Source: Alphaproteobacteria bacterium (GTDB lineage: Bacteria; Pseudomonadota; Alphaproteobacteria; UBA2966). From it: a DNA stretch of 64,000 nt. Under the pieces are notes generated by a model. It was not told where the DNA came from and made no database searches. It saw nothing but the letters and a program-made list of their open reading frames with translations. The stretch spans positions 704,001-768,000 of the forward strand of contig OZ219856.1 of the NCBI GenBank assembly GCA_964291395.2, given 5' to 3'. Below are positions 57,243-64,000 of this stretch, piece by piece. Made by a program: the position numbers and the translations under genes. The stretch's first letter is position 1. The number at the start of each line of letters is the position of its first letter.

Positions 57243-59159
57243 CTAGAACCCCGCCCGAACGCCCGCGTGGACCGCGCGGCCGGGAGTGCCGTAGGTCACG
57301 ACCTCCTCGTATTCGCGGTCGAGCAGGTTCTCGCCCCGAACGTAGATCTCGATGCCGGGTCCGACCTGATAGCCGGCGACGATCTTGAACAGCGTGAAGC
57401 TTTCGAGACGAACCCTGGTGGCTGGGAAGGAATCGAAATTGAGGTCGGCACGCTCGCCGTTGAAATCGATGCCGACGTTCACCCAGCCCGGACGGTCCCC
57501 GAACTCGAACGCGTAGTTCGCGTTCAGGCTGGCGATATGCTTGGGCCGGCGGACCAGTTCCGAGCCGTTTGCATCCTGCCCGACCGACCAGGTGTAGGTT
57601 CCCGACAACGTCAGACCGTCGCCGGGCTGCCACGTTCCGGCAAGCTCGACGCCGTAGGTCCCGCTGGTGCCCGGGAGATTCACCGCCGTGTCGCCAAAGC
57701 CCTGGATCAGGTCGGTAACGTCGGTCTCGAAGTACGTGACGTCGAGGATCGCCTCGCCGCCGGGCAGCGACTGCTCGAGACCGGCATCCCAGCCTGTCGC
57801 GGTTTCCGGGGACAGGTTCGGGTTGCCCCTGAAGCCGGACGCGAACCCGAACAGCTCGAAGATCGTCGGGTTCTTGGCCCCTTCGCCGTAGCTCGCATGG
57901 AACCGTGTCCCCCACGGCGCGTGTTCGTACGCCCCCGTGATTCGGTAGGTGCGGGTGTCGTCGAAAAGGTCCGCGTCGTCATGTCGGCCGGCCAGGGAGA
58001 CGTGGATCGAGTCGAGCAGGTCGAGCCTGTACTCCGCGACGTACCCCACGTTCGCGACGTCGCGGTCGACGTCCAGGAAGGCGCTCCTCGAAACGACGTT
58101 CTCTTCCTCCCGCTCCGCCGCCAACGTCACGGAGTGTTCGGCGCCCGCCGCTCCGGGTGTGCCGAAACGCAGGCTCGTCTGGTAGTCGAACTTCCGTTTC
58201 TCGCCTTCGAATACGCTGTCGAAGGCGCCGTTCTGGAAGTTCTTGCGGTGGCTGTTCGTGAGCCCCGCGCTCACCTCGTGAGTCCAGAGGCCGTCGAGCG
58301 TGGATAGGGCGGCGGACCCGCGATGGTACCGCTTGACGGAGCTCGTCCGGGACTCGGTATCGGTGAGACCCGTGCCGAAGACGAAACTGTCCGTCTCCAA
58401 TTCGGCGTCCGTCCACCGCCCCACCAGGTCGAGGCGCGCGTTCGGCGATGGCGAGAGACCCGCCTTGACGTGAACGGTACGGTTGCGATGGCCGTCCTGC
58501 TCGTCGTTGCCCCGCCACTCGCTCGCCATCGAGACGCCGTCCGTGTGAACGCCCACGGCATGCGCGGCGAAGTGGTAGCGGTCGCTTCCGGTGCGGAAGC
58601 CCGCAACGCCGCGCGCCGTACGAAAGGACCCGGCCTCGGTCCCGACGGAAATTTGAGGTTTGCCGCGTCCCCGTCGGGTAACGACGTTGACGACGCCGCC
58701 GATCGCGTCGCTGCCCCACAGTGCGCTTTGGGGCCCGCGAAGCACTTCGATGCGCTCGATTTCGTTCGCAAGGAGATTTCCGAAGTCGAATTCGGATCCG
58801 TTCGCCGGATCGCCCACCTCGATCCCATCGATCAGAACGAGGGTCTGGTTCGCTTCCGCGCCCCGGATGCGAACCTGCGTCTGGGCTCCGACGTTTCCCG
58901 TGCGACTGACGGCGACGCCGGGAACCTCCCGGAGGATTTCGCCGACGAAACGGTCCTGCTTGGCGTCGATGTCGTTGCCGTCGATGACGGTCATGGCGCT
59001 GCCGACCGCCGGGGACGGGACGGGTATCCGGCTGGCGGTTACCACGACTTCCGGCAACATCTCGACCTGCGCCGACAGGTGCTCCGAAGTGGCGCCGAGG
59101 ATTGCCGACGCGCCGGCCAGGACAAGCGGAAGACGCGCAAATTTGCTATCGAATTTCAT
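57243..59159 (-). CDS. btuB: TonB-dependent cobalamin receptor (BtuB-like)
   Basis: EVVVTASR TonB box, IRG, IERIEVLRGPQSALWG, ENLLD and C-terminal Phe; downstream of a B12 riboswitch. Confidence 0.85.
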   Translation of the reverse strand: MKFDSKFARLPLVLAGASAILGATSEHLSAQVEMLPEVVVTASRIPVPSPAVGSAMTVIDGNDIDAKQDRFVGEILREVPGVAVSRTGNVGAQTQVRIRGAEANQTLVLIDGIEVGDPANGSEFDFGNLLANEIERIEVLRGPQSALWGSDAIGGVVNVVTRRGRGKPQISVGTEAGSFRTARGVAGFRTGSDRYHFAAHAVGVHTDGVSMASEWRGNDEQDGHRNRTVHVKAGLSPSPNARLDLVGRWTDAELETDSFVFGTGLTDTESRTSSVKRYHRGSAALSTLDGLWTHEVSAGLTNSHRKNFQNGAFDSVFEGEKRKFDYQTSLRFGTPGAAGAEHSVTLAAEREEENVVSRSAFLDVDRDVANVGYVAEYRLDLLDSIHVSLAGRHDDADLFDDTRTYRITGAYEHAPWGTRFHASYGEGAKNPTIFELFGFASGFRGNPNLSPETATGWDAGLEQSLPGGEAILDVTYFETDVTDLIQGFGDTAVNLPGTSGTYGVELAGTWQPGDGLTLSGTYTWSVGQDANGSELVRRPKHIASLNANYAFEFGDRPGWVNVGIDFNGERADLNFDSFPATRVRLESFTLFKIVAGYQVGPGIEIYVRGENLLDREYEEVVTYGTPGRAVHAGVRAGF

Positions 59160-59354
59160 GGATGGCTCCCGAACTGATCTGTGTTGGACACGGCGAAAGC
59201 CGTGCCGCGGCCGAGAGCCGGTCGGCGAGGTCGTGGAGTCCCTGTTGCTATCATCGACGGCCCGTTCGCGGCGACACGCTTGCTTTCCGTTCGTCGCCAC
59301 CAACGGCAGTCCGTCCCGACGAAGTAACCCCGTTCACCGGTTGGGCGACGTGCG

Positions 59355-59530
59355 GCGGCAGGTCTCCTGGCTCGCGGGTTGTTGCGGGTCGCTCGCCTTC
59401 CCGGTTTCCCAGTGGCAATCGTGAGCGCCGGCTATCCGCTTACAGTTGCGGGGGCAGCCGCGGACTCGATCCCGAAGGAATCTCACCGCGTTCCCTTTTT
59501 ATCCCCAACGGGGGAACCACCACGCCACGG
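59355..59530 (-). ncRNA. Cobalamin riboswitch
   Basis: Minus strand has AAAAGGGAA.., CTGCCCCCGCAACTGT, GCCACTG, GGGAAGG and the B12 box AGCCAGGAGACCTGCC. Confidence 0.95.
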
Positions 59531-59639
59531 AGCGTATACGTGGACTTCCGTACGAGCAAGAATTTGTCCTGTCGGCTGCCCGAAAGAGACAGATTGCAGG
59601 GAATTCGTAATACTTTCGAAATGTTTTCTTTGTCGGTAC

Positions 59640-59689
59640 GAAATGATATTTCCATTGGACGTCGATAATGGAACATATATTTCAACATT
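59640..59689. promoter_or_regulatory. AT-rich imperfect palindromes, possible IclR-type sites for malate synthase
   Basis: GAAATGATATTTCCATT and AATGGAACATATATTTCAACATT loosely resemble TGGAAATnATTTCCA. Confidence 0.3.
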
Positions 59690-59842
59690 CGCTTAAGTCG
59701 GAAAGGCTGCAGGGGGGCAACCTCTTGTAAGGGTTGATCTCAATCGGTTGAATACGGCGCCGATTTTGAGAGTGGGTGGATCGTACCCGAATTGAGCCGG
59801 CGTGCCGGCGCGATCTCGATGGAAATTTCAAGGGGGTTGGAG

Positions 59843-61468
<1,626 letters not shown>

Positions 61469-61623
61469 GGTGTAGCGCGGCGGCCAGTGCCGGCAAGGCC
61501 GGTGACGATCTCCGGGCGCCGGCTGTAGCGAGTCGAATCTCTGGAGTCGTTGCGAGCGGTTCGCGGTTGGACTCCAACGGATCGACCCCTGAAACCGGCG
61601 TTGAAACCCCTTCAGGCGTCCGC

Positions 61624-61963
61624 CTACCAGCTTCCGGATGGACTCGACCTTGGCCGACGTCCGTCCGCCGAACGTCGCCACTTGGATGGTCACTGGGATG
61701 TTCGCCAGATCCGCGAGCTCGACATCCCGTCCGCCCATTCCCAAGACCACGAGGATATCGAGCAGCTCCTTCTCCGTGACCGGGTGCGGATGGTTCCATG
61801 TGCGGCCCTCGGCCTTGAACGAGAAGGTGATGTCGTAGCCGCCGTCCTCTGCCTCGGCGACCGATGCGATGGTGCCGGTGTGGCTGCCCATCGGCGGGAC
61901 CGAACCCTTCTTCGGCGCCCACGCCTTCTTCGGCCTGGACCTCGTCGGTACTGTCAACGTCAT
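61624..61963 (-). CDS. Small hypothetical protein (about 112 aa), stop apparently out of frame by 1 nt
   Basis: ATGA-coupled start with a purine-rich RBS. Reads MTLTVPTRSRPKKAW...SAKVESIRKL then G-TAG; as assembled it runs on antisense through aceB. Confidence 0.5.
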
Positions 61964-63132
61964 CGGTTTCTCTCCCTGCTGCGTTCCACGAGATCGGGCG
62001 GCAGCCCGTACACGGCCGTGAGCTGCGGCGGCGACGGCGGCCAGAGGTAGCCCACGTCCGACCGGAATATCAGCGCATCGCCGGGCTGCATCGTCACCAG
62101 GCCGTGGCCCTCGATCGTGATGCCCGTGAAGTTGTCCGGGTTCAGGCACACCACGACCCTGACACGGTGGGTCTCGCTCTCCGCAAGGTCCACCGCCCAG
62201 CCGGCCGCTCCACGGGCGAAGCCGATGGCGGACCGGTGTTCGTGCCCGGCGAAGGCGCAACCGGAGATCATGCCAGGCGTCGCATCCGCCACGATCCTGC
62301 GCAGTCGGCTGGTGAGCCAGCTCGGCGGTCCCGATGCCTCGGTGTCGACGACGGTCCGGCACTCGCCAGCGGACAACAGGCTCGGGAACAGAAAGTGCGT
62401 GCGGGGTTCGTGGGCCAGGCGCTGGCTGGTGCAGCCGGCCTCCATCAGGTGCTCCACGTCGCCGAGGCGGGGTCGGCCGCCGAGCTCATCCAGGCCGGCA
62501 TCGGCCAATAGGTCGATCTCCCTCGACGAGTGCGTGCGCACCGGCTCGAAGGTGGAATACCGCATGAACAGCATTCTCCCTTCCCGTCCCGGATAGGGCG
62601 GCCGCCAGTGATGCACGTCGTGCCCGGCGAACAGCAGCGCCCGATCGGCCGAGGAATTGTCGAGCACGTCGACGGCGCCGTCCGGCCTCTCGACGTGGAG
62701 CGGCCAGCCGCCGTCGACGTCGAGTGCTGCGGGCCACGAGAGGAGGTATTTCGAGCCGGCGCCGATGTCCCGGTGCCGGGTCATGGCGACCCCGGCGAGC
62801 GTCACCAGCACGCCGGCGTAGCTCAGCCAGGCGCGGCGCTCCAGAACACGCGACACCTCGCCCTCGAGCGCGCGGCCGACGGCCGCCACGACCGGCTCGC
62901 TGTTGCACCACCAGCCGCCGGGATAGCTGTTGCTGAGCGGATAGCTGCCCGGGCGGTCGCGGTACGGCAGGGCCGCCGCCCAGCGCCGGACGCCCTCGTA
63001 CATGCCGGAAGGCAAGGCCGATCGCACGTCGACCCATTCCCGCGTCGCGTCGGCCTCCGGGTGGTTCGCGCCGCCGAACAGCTCGTCCATGCTCCCGACG
63101 TAGGACTGAAAGGCGGACCGGTCGAACGTCAT
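61960..63132 (-). CDS. Phage-type 2OG-Fe(II) oxygenase with a second degenerate DSBH-like domain
   Basis: HRD...GWPLHV...ALLFAGHDVHHWRPP (HxD...H...R pattern); second half has PSLLSAGECR and PGDALIFRS; ATGA-coupled at both ends. Confidence 0.65.
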   Translation of the reverse strand: MTFDRSAFQSYVGSMDELFGGANHPEADATREWVDVRSALPSGMYEGVRRWAAALPYRDRPGSYPLSNSYPGGWWCNSEPVVAAVGRALEGEVSRVLERRAWLSYAGVLVTLAGVAMTRHRDIGAGSKYLLSWPAALDVDGGWPLHVERPDGAVDVLDNSSADRALLFAGHDVHHWRPPYPGREGRMLFMRYSTFEPVRTHSSREIDLLADAGLDELGGRPRLGDVEHLMEAGCTSQRLAHEPRTHFLFPSLLSAGECRTVVDTEASGPPSWLTSRLRRIVADATPGMISGCAFAGHEHRSAIGFARGAAGWAVDLAESETHRVRVVVCLNPDNFTGITIEGHGLVTMQPGDALIFRSDVGYLWPPSPPQLTAVYGLPPDLVERSRERNR

Positions 63133-63710
63133 GACGCTGCCGGACGCCAAACCGTGGCGCTGTGGTAGTCGATGGCCTCGAGCTCGGCCAACGTCGTGGC
63201 GGCTTTCACCTTGGCCTCGAGGGCATGGCAGACGCCGATCATCCGCTTGCGCTCGGCATCCTTGAGCGCGCTCTCTGCGGCCGACAGCGAGAAGCGCGCC
63301 TCCCATTCCTTGTTGCGGTCGTGGGCGGCCTCCGGGTGGTAGATCCGGGCGATGTTCCGCGCCGCATAGACGTTCACGACCTCCGGCAGGAACGTGTCCT
63401 TCATCCATTGCCGGTAGACGGCCGTCGCCTTCGCCCAGGTGGGCTTGGGCCCCACGTCGACGGATTCGCGGCTCCAGCCCCAGGTGCCGTCGGCGTTCCA
63501 GACCGGCGTGATGACGGGGTCCCACGACAGGACCTTCCACTTTTCCGCGGTGAGCTCCCAATCCTCGATCGTCTCGAGGTCGGGGAAGGGCCCGGTCGTC
63601 GGCGCCGTCCAGTCCGTGCCGGGGTCCGGCGTGACCAGGCCCGACACTTCCAGCCCTCCGCCGTCCCGAAGCGCCTGCTTGACCCGCCGCCATTTCCTTC
63701 GCGTCGCCAT
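63129..63710 (-). CDS. Hypothetical protein, possible tail-fibre assembly/chaperone
   Basis: TGATG-coupled ATG at 63710; PKPTW motif and C-terminal VKAATTLAELEAID resemble tail-fibre-associated proteins. Confidence 0.5.
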   Translation of the reverse strand: MATRRKWRRVKQALRDGGGLEVSGLVTPDPGTDWTAPTTGPFPDLETIEDWELTAEKWKVLSWDPVITPVWNADGTWGWSRESVDVGPKPTWAKATAVYRQWMKDTFLPEVVNVYAARNIARIYHPEAAHDRNKEWEARFSLSAAESALKDAERKRMIGVCHALEAKVKAATTLAELEAIDYHSATVWRPAAS

Positions 63711-64000
63711 CACGGACCGCTGTACGTGTAGGAGGTAATCCGGAACTCGCCACGGCGCTCGCCGTTTTTCCCGGAGGTGAGATTGGCCCACGAGGGACTG
63801 TGGGCGCTGACCGATGGGGGGTATCTGCCGCTCGTCGACGTGACCGCAATTCGAATCTGGTCGTAAAGGCCCGACCGGCTCACCGTCGCTTCCGTCCCGG
63901 CCGTCCCGCACGGTGAAGGTGCTGGTGGTGCCGTCATCGTAGGTGACGGTGACCACGCCGGTGGAGCTGTTGCGGCTTATCGACCTGATGCCCCGGCCAT
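63710..64000 (-). CDS. C-terminus of a collagen-like tail fibre/surface protein (partial, apparent frameshift near 63875)
   Basis: DGRGIRSISRNSSTGVVTVTYDDGTTSTFTVRDGRDGSDGEP repeat unit; an alternative frame gives LYDQIRIAV...ITSYTYSGP* ending at 63710. Confidence 0.55.

Larger units (their letters stand above)
61500..64000 (-). mobile_element. Edge of a putative prophage or phage-derived element
   Basis: Translationally coupled, phage-like unknown genes converge on aceB; no integrase or capsid gene is visible in the window. Confidence 0.5.

Overview
High-GC alphaproteobacterial chromosome segment, probably Rhodospirillales-like (inferred from the dapA-smpB and folK-rpoZ-spoT-pdxJ-acpS-lepB-rnc-era-recO-parC gene order). 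1-2.4 kb: zinc-uptake genes with a putative Zur box and a 26-His repeat. 2.5-32.5 kb: an accessory catabolic region containing xsc-pta (sulfoacetaldehyde desulfonation), a luciferase-like monooxygenase, a B12-dependent glutamate-mutase-like S/L/E trio, a VOC protein, SDRs, two pyruvate-carboxylase-type carboxyltransferase plus BCCP sets with no biotin carboxylase, DUF35 plus two thiolase-like genes, a Rieske oxygenase, an ADP-forming acyl-CoA ligase, a PhyH dioxygenase and TauE. 32.9-46.5 kb: housekeeping genes. 46.5-61.5 kb: a Bpt/Ate transferase, an Ntn acylase, two beta-hydroxyacid dehydrogenases, a riboswitch-led cobalamin importer and malate synthase A. 61.5-64 kb: the edge of a prophage-like tail module. 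Five toxin-antitoxin modules are scattered through the window, and four have a damaged toxin. The strongest novelty candidate is the mutase E subunit. It keeps the GlmE fold and two substrate arginines but lacks the residues that recognise the alpha-amino-acid end of glutamate, and no methylaspartate ammonia-lyase is present. This suggests a new AdoCbl mutase in an uncharacterised pathway. All family assignments come from motif recognition only, and several indel-rich patches may be long-read assembly errors.
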